Under the pieces are notes generated by a model. The model was not told where the DNA came from and searched no databases. It saw nothing but the letters and a program-made list of their open reading frames with translations. Position numbers and translations under genes: made by a program. Source: an uncultured Acidobacteriota bacterium (GTDB lineage Bacteria > Acidobacteriota > Thermoanaerobaculia > Multivoradales > UBA5704). Taken from it: DNA of 64,000 bases. Shown one piece after another: positions 36,573-47,673 of this stretch (the stretch's first letter is position 1; every line of letters starts with the position of its first letter). The stretch is taken from the NCBI GenBank assembly GCA_963761805.1, contig CAVXIV010000017.1, positions 8,667 to 72,666 of the forward strand, given 5' to 3'.

Positions 36573-39215
36573 ATGAAGCTTTCGCTCCTGCAAAGGCTCG
36601 CCCTCTTCGCGAGGTATCGCTACCGTACGGTTTTCGTCTCTTTTGTGGTCCTGGTCGCCGTCTCGATCCTGCTCATCTCGCGCCTCAGCTTCGACACGGA
36701 TATGTTGAGCCTCCTGCCGAAGGAGGACCCGGCGGTGCGTACCTACGTGCAGACGCTCCAGGACTTCGGCAGCAGCACCTATGTGCTCGTGGCGATCCGC
36801 ATCCCGGAAGGCGCGGTCGTCGATCCGTATGAGACCCTGGCGGACCGGCTCGCCGCGCGGCTGGCGCGGCTGCCCGAGCTGAAGAGCGTGCAGCACAAGA
36901 TCGGGGAGCCCCAGGAGCTGCTGGAAACCTTCTATCCGAAGGCGCTGCTCTTCCTCGACGACAACGGCCGCGGGCAGATCGAGGAGCGGCTCTCCGACGC
37001 GGGCATCGAGCGGCGGGTGGGCGAGCTCCGGCGCCAGCTCACGACCCCTCAGGGCCTGGCCGCCAAGGAGCTGCTCAGGCTGGATCCCCTGGGATTGTCC
37101 GACGTCTTCCTGGGGCGCCTGCAGTCCTCCCGCGGCAGCCTCAGGGTCGACTGGACGAGCGGCTACTACCTGTCGCGCGATCACCGCCTGCTGCTGATCC
37201 TGGCCGAGCCCGTGCGGCCGCCTCAGGACATCGATTTCGTGGAGCGCCTGGCGGCTCAGGTGGACCGCGCCGTCGAGGAGGCGAGAGGAGGGTGGGAAGA
37301 GATCGCCGGACCGGGTTCGAAGGCGCCGGAGGTGGTCGTCGGCGGTCCTCACCTTACAGCCCTGGGCGACGCCGCCCTGATCCGGCAGGACATGCTCCTC
37401 AACCTCGGCACCGCGGTTCCCAGCGTGCTGCTGTTCTTCTGGTTCACCTTCCGGCGTCCAGGGACCCTGATGTACGCGCTGCTGCCGATGATCGCCGGCC
37501 TGGCGCTCACTTTCGCCTTCGCCGAGCTGACGATCGGGTCGCTCAGCTCGGCGACGAGCGTCGTGGCGGCGCTGCTGGCCGGCCTGGGCATCGACTTCGT
37601 GATCGTCTCCTACGGGCGGTACATCGAGGAACGGCAGAAAGGGGCGACGCTGGAAGAGGCGCTACTCGCCATGGCGGGTTCCAACGGCCGCGCCGTGCTG
37701 GTCGGGGCGGTCACCACGACCGTCACCTTCTGGGCGTTCATCTTCACCCGTTTTACCGGCCTTCGCCAGATGGGGCTGCTCACCGGCACCGGCATCCTCT
37801 TCTGCGTGCTCTCCGTGTTCCTGCTGCTGCCCGCCATGCTGGCCTGGGGCGAGGACCACCATAGCCGGCGGAAGACCCAGCCCAAGCTTTATCTCCATAG
37901 CTTCGGCTCCGAGGGCCTGATGCGCCTCTCGCTGCGCCATCCCTGGGTCACGTGCCTCGTCGGGATCGCGATCACCCTGGCTTCCCTGGCGCTGGCCGTC
38001 AACATCGAGTTCGACGAGAGCATGAAGACGATGCGGCCCAAGGGGAACCGGGGCATCGACGTGGCCGCGGAGGTCGGCAAGGAGTTCGGCTCCGGATTCG
38101 ACTCCATGATGGTGATCCTCACCGGGAAAACGCCCGAAGAGGTCATCGAGCTGTCCGGGCGGGCGGCGCATGGAGCGCAGCGCATGGTCGACACCGGCAC
38201 GCTCTACGGGTTCAGCGGCGTGACCTCCCTGATTCCGCCGCCTTCCCAACAGCAGGAAGCGCTCGCCTGGATCGAACGGGAAAAGAGCGACACCCTCGAT
38301 CTGGCGCGGATCCGCGCGACGTTCGCCCGCGTCACGGCCGCGGAAGGGCTGCGCGCCGAAGGATTCACCGAAGGGCTCGATCTTCTGGCCAGCGCCGTCG
38401 GTCTCCAGGATCCGATCGGACCCGAGAGCTTTCAGGAGAGCCCGCAGACCCGGCTCCTCCTGGAGCGCTACATGCGCAAGACCGGCCAGGGTTGGAAAGC
38501 CGCCGTCTACCTCTATCCGCTGGACAACCGCTGGCGCCGCGAGCCGCCCCCGGACGCCCTCCATCTGGTCGACAAGCTCGGTCCGCAGGCGGCCTTGTCG
38601 GGAACCAACGTGGTCAACCAGCGGGTTCGCGCCCTGGTGCTGAAAGATGCCTGGGTCGCCGGGTTGATCGGGGTCGTCCTGGTCGCGGCGCTCATCTGGA
38701 TGGATTTCCGCAGCTTCCCCCGTATGCTGGCCTCTCTGGCTCCCTTGACGGTGGGGCTCATCTGGATGGTGGGCGCCATGGTGCTGGTGAAGACGCCGAT
38801 GAACTTCATCAACATCTTCGTGACGACCATGATCATCGGCATCGGCGTCGATTACGGAGTCCACATCCTGCACCGTTTCCGGGAGGTGCAGGATCTCCCG
38901 CGCGCCGAGTTCGAGCAAGGCATCGTCGAGACCGGCAAGGCGGTGGTGGCGGCGTCGGTCTCCACCATCTTCGGCTTCGGCTCGATCATGTTCTCGCACT
39001 ATCCAGGGCTGGTATCCACGGGGAAGGTGGCGATCCTGGGAGCTATCACCACCTGTCTCGTCGCCATCACCCTTGTGCCCGCCGTCCTGAGTTGGCGCTA
39101 CGAACAGCGGCGGAAGAGGATTCCGCTGGACCAGGCGGCGCAGATGAGAGCGCTGCGGCATGGCGGTGGCGTCAGCGACTTCGAGCCCGCGCGCTGGGAC
39201 GAGCCGTCGAGCTGA
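36573..39215 (+). CDS. MMPL/RND-family exporter
   Basis: Two TM bundles with GLGIDF and GIGVDYG. Confidence 0.92.
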   Translation: MKLSLLQRLALFARYRYRTVFVSFVVLVAVSILLISRLSFDTDMLSLLPKEDPAVRTYVQTLQDFGSSTYVLVAIRIPEGAVVDPYETLADRLAARLARLPELKSVQHKIGEPQELLETFYPKALLFLDDNGRGQIEERLSDAGIERRVGELRRQLTTPQGLAAKELLRLDPLGLSDVFLGRLQSSRGSLRVDWTSGYYLSRDHRLLLILAEPVRPPQDIDFVERLAAQVDRAVEEARGGWEEIAGPGSKAPEVVVGGPHLTALGDAALIRQDMLLNLGTAVPSVLLFFWFTFRRPGTLMYALLPMIAGLALTFAFAELTIGSLSSATSVVAALLAGLGIDFVIVSYGRYIEERQKGATLEEALLAMAGSNGRAVLVGAVTTTVTFWAFIFTRFTGLRQMGLLTGTGILFCVLSVFLLLPAMLAWGEDHHSRRKTQPKLYLHSFGSEGLMRLSLRHPWVTCLVGIAITLASLALAVNIEFDESMKTMRPKGNRGIDVAAEVGKEFGSGFDSMMVILTGKTPEEVIELSGRAAHGAQRMVDTGTLYGFSGVTSLIPPPSQQQEALAWIEREKSDTLDLARIRATFARVTAAEGLRAEGFTEGLDLLASAVGLQDPIGPESFQESPQTRLLLERYMRKTGQGWKAAVYLYPLDNRWRREPPPDALHLVDKLGPQAALSGTNVVNQRVRALVLKDAWVAGLIGVVLVAALIWMDFRSFPRMLASLAPLTVGLIWMVGAMVLVKTPMNFINIFVTTMIIGIGVDYGVHILHRFREVQDLPRAEFEQGIVETGKAVVAASVSTIFGFGSIMFSHYPGLVSTGKVAILGAITTCLVAITLVPAVLSWRYEQRRKRIPLDQAAQMRALRHGGGVSDFEPARWDEPSS

Positions 39216-39340
39216 GGGATCTGCTGATTCTCGCCATCGCCAAGTCTCACGATCTCGGAATCGCCACCAGGAACGCCGCCCATTTCCGCGGTTTCGGCGT
39301 CCCGGTGTACGACCCTTTCAACGATATTCAGTTCCTCTGA
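39216..39340 (+). pseudogene. PIN-domain (VapC) toxin C-terminal remnant
   Basis: DLLILAIAKSHDLGIATRNAAHFRGFGVPVYDPF. Confidence 0.75.
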
Positions 39341-39451
39341 GCGTTGCACCAGGCTCGCCGCGGCTGCCTCCTACTGCGTCGCGAATCGGATCAGTCCAGG
39401 TTCGTTGCGTGAACCCCATACCCGGCCGCCGTGGAGGTGGCCGGGATTCCT

Positions 39452-39829
39452 TTAATTGTGGCTCCAAGCGATCCAGTCGAGCGAGACATTGACGTCCAGA
39501 TTGATGGGCGTACCATCGTCACAACGCTTGTGCTGGACTTGGAAGTTTGTCGTCGTCTTCTTCAGTACATTGAAGTAGGTGCATTGGGAAATCGGCGAGT
39601 AGCCAGCGGTGTTGGTCGGCTGTACTACCACTGAATACTTGTCCGTCGGCATAGGAACGGAAAACGTAACGACGATACCCGCGCTCCCCGCTGTAAAGGG
39701 GGCAGTCCCAGCTCGATAGCCCACAACCTGCTGCGCCTGCACTGACGCCAAGCTGATTGCGAGGACCATGATCACCACGAAGGAACTGGCGATGGCGAAG
39801 TGCCGTCGGCAACCACGAAAGTTAGCCAT
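39452..39829 (-). CDS. Small secreted beta-rich protein
   Basis: AGGAG RBS; signal peptide ending VQA; beta-strand pattern. Confidence 0.7.
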   Translation of the reverse strand: MANFRGCRRHFAIASSFVVIMVLAISLASVQAQQVVGYRAGTAPFTAGSAGIVVTFSVPMPTDKYSVVVQPTNTAGYSPISQCTYFNVLKKTTTNFQVQHKRCDDGTPINLDVNVSLDWIAWSHN

Positions 39830-40160
39830 AATCTTCTCCTCATGTTTGATTGCAAGGGCCTCCTCCGCTATTGGATGCCGTAATGCTCGTGACATTCTCC
39901 AGGCGGTTGAGTTACCCTCCATCGTTTGCAACATCCGCAGCCCCACACGGGCTCGTCCGTTTCTGCCCTGGGCAGATCCCGGATGCGCCGCAATTGTTTA
40001 GTGCCGTCCCCAATCTACTCAAGGTTGTTATTCAGATATGCCGTAACACTCATCAATTCTTTCATTTTTTCTGTAACAATCCCCCTGTCAGCTTCGCCAG
40101 TTCAAGCATCACTCGCACTAAACCCACTCCCGCGATCCGGGATCAGACCGGAGCGGAGGA

Positions 40161-41643
40161 GTGAAAAGGATGCCGATGCTCAACGAGAGGCCGGGCCCAC
40201 CTGACGAGCCGCTGCTCTGGTTCAACGGCGTCGACGGCCGGGGGGGCGGCTATCTGACGCCTCCCTTGCCGGCGCGGCATTTCGCCGACCTCGCCCGCGG
40301 CGTCCCGGTCGACCTGGCGCGCGTCCGCGAGCTTCAGGCCTGGGTGGCGCGCGGCGAGGGCAAGGCGCGGCGAGGTCTCAAGGAAGGCCTCGATCCCTGC
40401 AAGCTCGACGAGGCTGGATGGGGCGTGATCTTTCCCGGCTCGACGGACTCCGCGGCCCTGCGGGAGGCCCTCGCCCCGTTGCTCGACCTGCGGCGGGCCC
40501 AGGCCGGGAAGCGGCAGGCCCGCTTCTTCCGCGAATTCGCGGGCGAGGACGGTTACCGCGAAGGCGAGAGCAAGGTCGCCTTCCTCGCCCGCCACGGCGC
40601 CGGACCCGGACCGGCCGATCCGGAGAAGGTGCCCTACTACCTCCTGCTGGTCGGCGATCCGGAGGCGATCCCCTTCTCGTTCCAGTACCAGCTCGACGTC
40701 CAGTACGCCGTCGGCCGCCTGTGCTTCGACGATCTCGAAGACTACCGCCGCTACGCCGAGAGCGTGGTCGCGGCCGAGAGCGGCGGCAACGGACGGCGTC
40801 CGCGCGCCTGCTTCTTCGCCCCCGCCAATCCGGGAGACCGGGCGACCGAAGCGATCAGCGATCACCTGGCGCGGCCGGTGGCGGCGGGGGTGATGCGCGA
40901 TCAGCCCGGCTGGGAGGTCGAGACCGCGTTCGGGGAGGAGGCGACCCGCGGCCGGCTCGGCGGCATGCTCGACGAGGCGCCGGCCTTCCTCTTCACCGCC
41001 TGTCACGGCCTGGGCTTTCCGGCGGGCGATCCGTGGCAGAGAGAGCGGCAGGGCTCCCTGGTCTGCCAGGACTGGCCCGGCCCGGACGCCGGCCGCATCG
41101 CCCGCGAGCACTACTTCGCGGCCGAGGACGTGGGAGAGCAGGTCGCGCGTCCACGGCCTCGTCGCCTTCTGCTTCGCCTGCTACGGCGCCGGCACGCCGC
41201 GCTGGGACGACTTCACCCGCAAGGACCAGGGAGCGCGCCGTGAACTGGCGCCGGCGGCCTTCCTGGGCCGCCTGCCGCAGCGGCTGCTCAGCCATCCGGG
41301 AGGCGGGGCGCTGGCGGTCATCGGCCACGTGGAGCGGGCCTGGGGCTTCTCGCTGATCTGGCCCGGCGCCGGACCGCAGACCGGCGCCTTCGACAGCGCC
41401 CTGCGGCGTCTGCTCGCCGGGCAGCCGGTGGGCTGGGCGATGGAGATCTTCAACCAGAGGTATGCCGAGCTGGCCTCCGACCTGGCGGCGGAGGTGGAGG
41501 CCCTGGAGTTCGGCAAGAAGCTCGACGAAAAGGCGCTCGCCAACCTCTGGACCGCCACCCACGACGCCCGCAACTACACGATCGTCGGCGATCCCGCCGT
41601 GCGGGTCGCCGTTTCCGCAACCCCATGTGGAGGTGCAACGTGA
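40161..41643 (+). pseudogene. Clan CD (caspase/C25-like) peptidase, frameshifted near 41145
   Basis: YLLLVGDP..IPF, AVGRL, FTACHG (His), FACYGAG (Cys), IGHVERAW, VGDPAVR. Confidence 0.75.
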
Positions 41644-42866
41644 AAATTGATCGATTCTCTTCGGCGTCCACCCGGGCCGCCGCGGTCCTGCTGGCCGGCC
41701 TCCTCTCCTGGCGGCAGGCCTTCCCGCCGCCGGTGACAAACATCTCAATGGAGTGTGAATGGAACGGATGACTCCTGAAAGGTTAGCCCAGGAGGTCGCC
41801 TTGCAGGTCAGGGCGGTCAAAAAGAGGTTCGACGCGAACCGCCGCGCCTTGCGCCCGGTGAGAGGGCCCGGGCGCAAGCGGCCTCTCTCCGGCCAGGACG
41901 TGACCGGCCTCGTCGCCCGCACCGGGGAGGATCTCGACCAGGCGCTCGAGCGGGTCGGGGAGCCGGGCCTGGACGCTCTACGCGCCTGGGTGGCGGAGGA
42001 GTTCAGGCGCATCCAGGGAGAGCTGGCGCCGCCGGCGGGCCAGACCGCCGTCTCGTTTCCCGGCCTTTCCACCCCCCGCCCTGTCGCCGTGTTCGCCAGC
42101 CTGGGAGCCTCCCGCTGCTCGCGGGCTCGAAGCCGCGCTCCTCTCAGCAGGCCGCCGTCCCCGCCGAGAAGACGGACAGTTCCTGGATCAGTTGGGGGAG
42201 GTGGTCAGCCGCATCTTGTTCCTCGCCGACCGTAAGGATCTCGAAGTGGATCTCTGGGTCGGCAGCACGCCGGCGACAGAAAGTCGCTTCACGTTCAGCT
42301 TCTGGCCGAAGGCCAAGATCAAAGGGGCTACGCCGGCGTGAAAGCCGAAACGATCAGAACCAACAGCAAAACAGACCATGTCCTGCGCGGCCTCTATTCC
42401 TATAAGGCGACTTTGGGCTCGGGGCGGGTGACGCACTGGATCAAATATCCCGTTCCGCCTGGCGCTCCGGACGGCCAAGTCCGAGCGACGGCTGGACCTG
42501 GTGAAAGACAGCGGCTTCTTCTGCTGCTGCTTCAAGACAGCTCTGCGCTCATGTCGAAGACAAAACAGAGTGCCGCCCCTGAGCCGGGGCGCGCCGGCCC
42601 CGCCGCCGCTGGATCGTCCTGGCCGGCGCGGGACTGGGCTGGGCCTTGGCGCAACTCGCCGGCGCGTTGCTCGACGGCGAGCTGCAGACCTTGCGGTTCC
42701 TCTTCCTTTCGCTGTCAGCCCTCGCCGGCGGTCTGGCCGCCCTTGGCGCCTGGAAATGGTTCGCCAGGGCCGGGGACGCCGTCCGCGGGCGGCGTCTGCG
42801 GGCGGCTCTTCGTCGCGCTCGCGGTCGGCATGACCCTGCTGTTCGGGCTGTATCTGGGTTTCGCGA

Positions 42867-44261
42867 GTGCGGATCGACTACGGTGATCGGAGCATCGCCT
42901 ATCTCGTGGGTACGTCGCGGTCCGGGACTCTGCGAGTGCTCCGAGGACGACGACGACGCCAGTGCATCCAGAAATTAGGACTCAGCCCGGAGCTGATCCG
43001 GCCCTGTTGGAACAACCGCTGGGTCGTCGAGCTCTCCCTGGTGCTCTCCTACCTCCTGACCCTGGGGAGCGCCGGGACGATCGCGGGACTGCTAATGATC
43101 CAGGCGAAACCACCGGTCCCAGGGGGGCCGGCGGGCTACCTCGACTTCGACGTCTGGATCGATCAGAGGTCCGAAGGCGTCTACCGCGCCAAGGTCTGGA
43201 GCGGCGCTGCGGGTTTCGAGGCCACGGAGATCTTCTCTCTCCCGCCCGCGCTCGTCAGTGGAGAGTTTCGCCCCTCCGGAGGGGGGACTCCCCGGGGTGG
43301 GGCATCCGCGAGCGGCGACAGCCCGGAGCGGGCCGGGGACGAGCTGTTCCGCGCGGTCTTCCAGGGCGAGCTGCTGAAGGCTTTCCAGGGATGTCTCGCC
43401 AAGGCCGAGGGCGGTCCAGGGCTGCGCATCCGCCTGCGTCTCAACGACGTCCCCCACTTGGCGGATCTGCCCTGGGAGTACCTGTACGACGCCGAGGGCC
43501 GGGGCTTCCTGGCGCTCTCCGGCCGCACCCCGGTGATTCGCTATCTGGAGCTGAGCGAGGGCCTGGGTACGCTGCTGGTCGAGCCGCCGCTACGGGTGCT
43601 CGCCGTGATCTCGACCCCGCGGGGCTACCGGGAGCTCGCCGAAGCGGACGAGGAATGGCGGCGGCTCGTCGCGGTCCTGAAACCGCTTCGCGCGAGCGGC
43701 CTGATCGAGCTCGAACGATTGGAGCGCCCCACCTGCGGAGCCCTGGAGGCGCGGCTGCGCGCCGGCCCGCCGATTCACGTCCTCCATTTCGTCGGCCACG
43801 GCGGTTTCAGCGAGCTGCGGGGGGAGGGCGTGCTGGTGTTCGAGGACGAGGACGGCAACGGCGTCCCGGTGGGAGGGCAGAGCCTCGCCTACCTCCTCCA
43901 GGACCACCCGTCGCTGCGCCTGGCCGTGCTCAACGCCTGCAACGGCGCCCGCTCCTCGCGCGAAGACGCCTTCGCCGGCACCGCCCAGACGCTCGTCCAG
44001 CACGGCGTGCCGGCGGTGATCGCCATGCGGTCGGAAGTCATGGACGAGACGGCCTGCGGCTTCGCCGAGAAGTTCTACCGGGGGCTCGCCGCCGGCCTGC
44101 CGGTCGACGCCTGCGTCGGCGAGGTGCGCCGGGCCCTCGCCGCCGAGCGCAACCCGGAATGGGGCACGCCGGTGCTCTATCTCCGGGCCACCGACGGGCG
44201 TCTCTTCGCGCTCGAAGGCGCGGATCAGGGCGGGAAGGCCGAATCAGCCGCTCACGGATGA
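42867..44261 (+). CDS. CHAT-domain protein (start uncertain)
   Basis: LPWEYL, VLHFVGHG, VLNACNG, VPAVIAM, EWGTPVLY. Confidence 0.9.
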   Translation: MRIDYGDRSIAYLVGTSRSGTLRVLRGRRRRQCIQKLGLSPELIRPCWNNRWVVELSLVLSYLLTLGSAGTIAGLLMIQAKPPVPGGPAGYLDFDVWIDQRSEGVYRAKVWSGAAGFEATEIFSLPPALVSGEFRPSGGGTPRGGASASGDSPERAGDELFRAVFQGELLKAFQGCLAKAEGGPGLRIRLRLNDVPHLADLPWEYLYDAEGRGFLALSGRTPVIRYLELSEGLGTLLVEPPLRVLAVISTPRGYRELAEADEEWRRLVAVLKPLRASGLIELERLERPTCGALEARLRAGPPIHVLHFVGHGGFSELRGEGVLVFEDEDGNGVPVGGQSLAYLLQDHPSLRLAVLNACNGARSSREDAFAGTAQTLVQHGVPAVIAMRSEVMDETACGFAEKFYRGLAAGLPVDACVGEVRRALAAERNPEWGTPVLYLRATDGRLFALEGADQGGKAESAAHG

Positions 44262-44662
44262 GCGTGATCGTATCCGGCGGGCTCCGGCGCGCCGGTGAAA
44301 GTCCCCTGGCCCTGCCAGAAGGCTTTGGCGTCCTCCTCCATGCGGGCAAGCCGCCTGTAGTAATCCGGGAATTCGTTGAGGTGGGCGAGGGCGATCTTGC
44401 CGGTGAGGAGCAGGTCGTCGCCGGTGACGTCCGTGGCTGGATCGCGCCGGCCGTGCTCCAGCTCCACCTCCATCCCGCGGCGGAGCTCTTCGAGCCCGAT
44501 ACGGGTCCAGTCAACTCCCAGCTCTTCCCCGATCTTGCGCGCCTTGCGGGGGCCGACCCCCTTCCGGGGCGCTTCGCGATGCGTGAAGACGTAGATCGCC
44601 GCGCCGACAGCGGTAGCGCCGCCCGCGAGGCCGGCGATCCGGGCTGCGATGTGCTTTTTCAT
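44252..44662 (-). CDS. DUF5661-like protein
   Basis: GMEVELEHG..TGKIALAHLNEFPDYYRRL. Confidence 0.85.
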   Translation of the reverse strand: MKKHIAARIAGLAGGATAVGAAIYVFTHREAPRKGVGPRKARKIGEELGVDWTRIGLEELRRGMEVELEHGRRDPATDVTGDDLLLTGKIALAHLNEFPDYYRRLARMEEDAKAFWQGQGTFTGAPEPAGYDHAHP

Positions 44663-44864
44663 GTTGCACCTCCTCTGGGCCACACGGTATCCCCGCCCGC
44701 GCCGTAAGGGGACCGTCCCGGAGGGCGGGAAACGGACGCGCCACCGGGTGGCCGGTCTCCGCGCGCTGCCGGCTCCCCTCTTTCGGCGCGATGTCTCCCC
44801 ACCCCGCCGGGCGTTCCAAGCCGGTGCGATCGATGCGACAAAGAAGGGAGGAACGGAGGTACCT

Positions 44865-45521
44865 ATGCTCTTCAAAAATCGCCAGGAAGCGGCCCGGCGT
44901 CTGGCGGCAAGGCTGTCCGGATACCGTGGTGTCAACCCTCTCATCCTCGCCATCCCGCGCGGCGCGGTGGAGATGGGCCGGATCCTCGCCGAGGAGCTGG
45001 ACGGCGAGTTGGACGTGGCGCTGGTGCGCAAGATCGGCGCTCCCGGCAATCCGGAGCTCGCGATCGGCTCGGTGGCGGAGAACGGCGAGGTCATGGTTTC
45101 TTCCTGGGTCGAAGAGACCGGCATCGCGGACTCCTGGATCGAGCAGGAGGCCCGGCGGCAGCTCGCGATCCTCAAGGAGCGCCGGCGGCGTTATACGCCG
45201 GACCGCCTGGCCGCCGATCCGGCGGGGCGTGTGGTCATCGTGCTCGACGACGGCGTCGCCACCGGCTCCACCATGCTCGCCGCCCTGGAGCAGGCGCGGA
45301 CGCAAGGACCCCGCAAGCTCATCGCCGCCATGGCGGTGGCTTCCCCGCAGACCGTGGCCAAGCTGGCCCTGATCGCCGACGAGGTGGCCTTCCTGGCGTC
45401 GCCGGAGCCGTTCATCGCGGTGAGCCGCTTCTTCGAGGACTTCTCCCAGGTCGGCGACGACGAGGTGATCGCGATCCTGGAGGCGGAACACGACCGCGTC
45501 GCGGACCTCGTCTCATTCTGA
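44865..45521 (+). CDS. Phosphoribosyltransferase
   Basis: LAIPRG, RKIGAPGNPELAIG, VLDDGVATGST. Confidence 0.92.
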   Translation: MLFKNRQEAARRLAARLSGYRGVNPLILAIPRGAVEMGRILAEELDGELDVALVRKIGAPGNPELAIGSVAENGEVMVSSWVEETGIADSWIEQEARRQLAILKERRRRYTPDRLAADPAGRVVIVLDDGVATGSTMLAALEQARTQGPRKLIAAMAVASPQTVAKLALIADEVAFLASPEPFIAVSRFFEDFSQVGDDEVIAILEAEHDRVADLVSF

Positions 45522-45680
45522 GCCCGGTCTCAGGCCGCCGACGACGCCGAGGATCTCCTCCCGGGGAGAGCCGGTGCGGACCGCGTCCTCACACCCGCTG
45601 AAGCCGGGGTGCACGCCGGGGGTGAGGCCCTGCCGCTCGGCGATCCGCGGGAGCAGGGAGGTGAGTTGCTCGCGCTCTGC

Positions 45681-46790
45681 CTACGCCTGTCCCTCGAACA
45701 ACGCCTCCGTCTCCAGCGTCCGCGGGCCCTCCTCCGTGCAGACCGCATACTTGCCCGGATACATCGACACCCCGGCGTACTCCCCCTTGCGGTTCAGGAT
45801 ATAGAAGCTCAGCCCGAACTTCGGCCGCCCGCGCTCGTTGAGCAGGCGCTTTTCGACCGTGTTCGCGGCCACGCGCCGGAGGGCCTCCATGCCGGCGTCC
45901 TTGGGGTGCATGCCGCGGCGCATCGACTCCACGATCAGGAAGGACGACAGGTTGTAGAGGTTCGCCTCGCCCCGCCCGGTCGATCCCGCTGCCCCGATCT
46001 CGCCGTCCACGTACAGGCCGGCGCCGAGGATGGGGGAGTCGCCCACGCGGCCCGGGATCTTCCAGGCCAGGCCGCTCGTGGTGGTCACGCCGCAGATCTC
46101 CCCCTTGGCGTTGACGCCGTCGCAGTTGATCGTCCCCCACAGGTGCTCGGGGCGGATCAGTCCCTCGCGCGCCATCTGGAGCGCCGCCTCCAGCCCGGCC
46201 GCGGAGCGTTTCGCGGGATCCAGATAGTGATCCGGATCGATGCGCCGCTTCCATTCCAGCCACTGCCGGCGGGACTTCTCCGTGTTGAGGTCGTCCTCGA
46301 TGGCGAAGCCCATGTTGCGCGCGAAGTCCTGGGCCCCCTTGCCGACCAGCAGGTGGTGGTCGGTGGTTTTGAGCACCGCCTTGGCGACCAGGGACGGCGT
46401 GCGCACCCCTTCGAGCGACGCCACCGCCCCGGCCTGCTTGCGGGGTCCGTGCATGCACGACGAGTCGAGCTGCACGACGCCGTCCGCGTTGGGCAGTCCG
46501 CCGAAGCCGACGCTGTCCTCCTCCGGATCGAGCTCCAGGATGTTCACCCCGGCGACCAGGGCGTCGAGCACGTCCGACCCTTGCGTCATCATCGTGAACG
46601 CCTTCTGCACGCCCGTCACGTCGCCGCCGTTCTTGAATTCGTTGCCGTTGGCCGACGCCACCACGACGGGTTTGACCCCCTTCACGATTACGGCGGGAGC
46701 CTGTCCGAACAGCGTGCGCGGAGCCGCCGCGGCCAGCCCGGCCGTGGCGCCCGCGAGGAGGAAGTCCCTGCGGTTCAAGGTCTTTTTCAT
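45681..46790 (-). CDS. Tat-exported glycosylasparaginase (Ntn hydrolase)
   Basis: NRRDFL Tat motif, SVGFGGLP, GTIN, TTSGL..KIPGRVGDSP. Confidence 0.92.
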   Translation of the reverse strand: MKKTLNRRDFLLAGATAGLAAAAPRTLFGQAPAVIVKGVKPVVVASANGNEFKNGGDVTGVQKAFTMMTQGSDVLDALVAGVNILELDPEEDSVGFGGLPNADGVVQLDSSCMHGPRKQAGAVASLEGVRTPSLVAKAVLKTTDHHLLVGKGAQDFARNMGFAIEDDLNTEKSRRQWLEWKRRIDPDHYLDPAKRSAAGLEAALQMAREGLIRPEHLWGTINCDGVNAKGEICGVTTTSGLAWKIPGRVGDSPILGAGLYVDGEIGAAGSTGRGEANLYNLSSFLIVESMRRGMHPKDAGMEALRRVAANTVEKRLLNERGRPKFGLSFYILNRKGEYAGVSMYPGKYAVCTEEGPRTLETEALFEGQA

Positions 46791-46848
46791 GGTGGGTGGA
46801 GCATGGCACAGGGCCATGCCCCGGCCCAAGAGACGGCGGCGGTTTCGT

Positions 46849-47301
46849 TCAGTTCACGAACTTGTAGCCGGTCTTTCCGTTCCCGCAGAGGAGACACGCA
46901 TCAGGCTGGGTGTCGTCGAAGCGTCGCCACCACTCGCCTTGACAGATGGTGTTGCCAAACGCGTCCACATAGCGGAAGTGGCCGAGTTGTCCCGCCGGGA
47001 CTGGGCACTTCCCGGTATCCGGGCAATCGACGCACAGCCGGTCGCCGCTTTTGAACGCCCCGCAGTTCCCCTGAGTGATCTGGGAGATCCTATAGACACA
47101 GTAGACCTGGCCGGCGGGAGGCGGGTCGATGATGCCGTCTCCATCCTCATCCACGCCTTCGCCGTCGGTGAAGACCGTCTCCTCTTCCTCCCCCACGGGG
47201 TCCACAGGATCCCCGTCCTGTATCGCCATCGCGGCAGGGGCGAACAGCAGGCACCCCAGAATGAACGCACAGAACAGGGTCCGACTCGCTTGGGTCCGCA
47301 T
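46849..47301 (-). CDS. Secreted Cys-rich protein with acidic N-terminal region
   Basis: Signal peptide ending AMA; D/E-rich stretch; 8 Cys in mature part. Confidence 0.75.
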   Translation of the reverse strand: MRTQASRTLFCAFILGCLLFAPAAMAIQDGDPVDPVGEEEETVFTDGEGVDEDGDGIIDPPPAGQVYCVYRISQITQGNCGAFKSGDRLCVDCPDTGKCPVPAGQLGHFRYVDAFGNTICQGEWWRRFDDTQPDACLLCGNGKTGYKFVN

Positions 47302-47434
47302 CGTCGACCTCCCTTGGCTTCAGGATTTCCTCTAAGTTGAGGGTGTCCTCTACTAGAACGGTGCCAAAGATGCGGCTGGCGAGACAGAGACAGGAGGGGT
47401 GGTCTAAGAAGGAGGGGAGTGGCTTGGTGGTCTT

Positions 47435-47597
47435 CGCACCCCGCCAGGGGTGCCGGGACGTAGCCCAGGCCTTCAGGCCTGGGGACGGAGCGATCCCCAT
47501 ATCCATTGCTCCCCGGAGGGGTGCGGGGAGTTGAGGCGCGCGCCTCCCGTCCCAGGATTGAAATCCTGGGCCAGGTCCCCGAGCCCCTGGCGGGGCA
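47435..47597. repeat. REP/REPIN-like nested inverted repeat
   Basis: CCCCGCCAGGGG...CCCCTGGCGGGG enclosing two CCCAGG-n8-CCTGGG hairpins. Confidence 0.7.
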
Positions 47598-47673
47598 GCA
47601 AAAATCGTGTCGGCTCCAGGTTCTCCTTTTCCGCTACTCATGCTATTTAAGCGTCTTGACGCGAAGAGTCATC

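Noticed and set aside
45525-45680. Universal stress protein fragment (VRTGSPREEIL, minus strand)
   Set aside because: Too short to support a call
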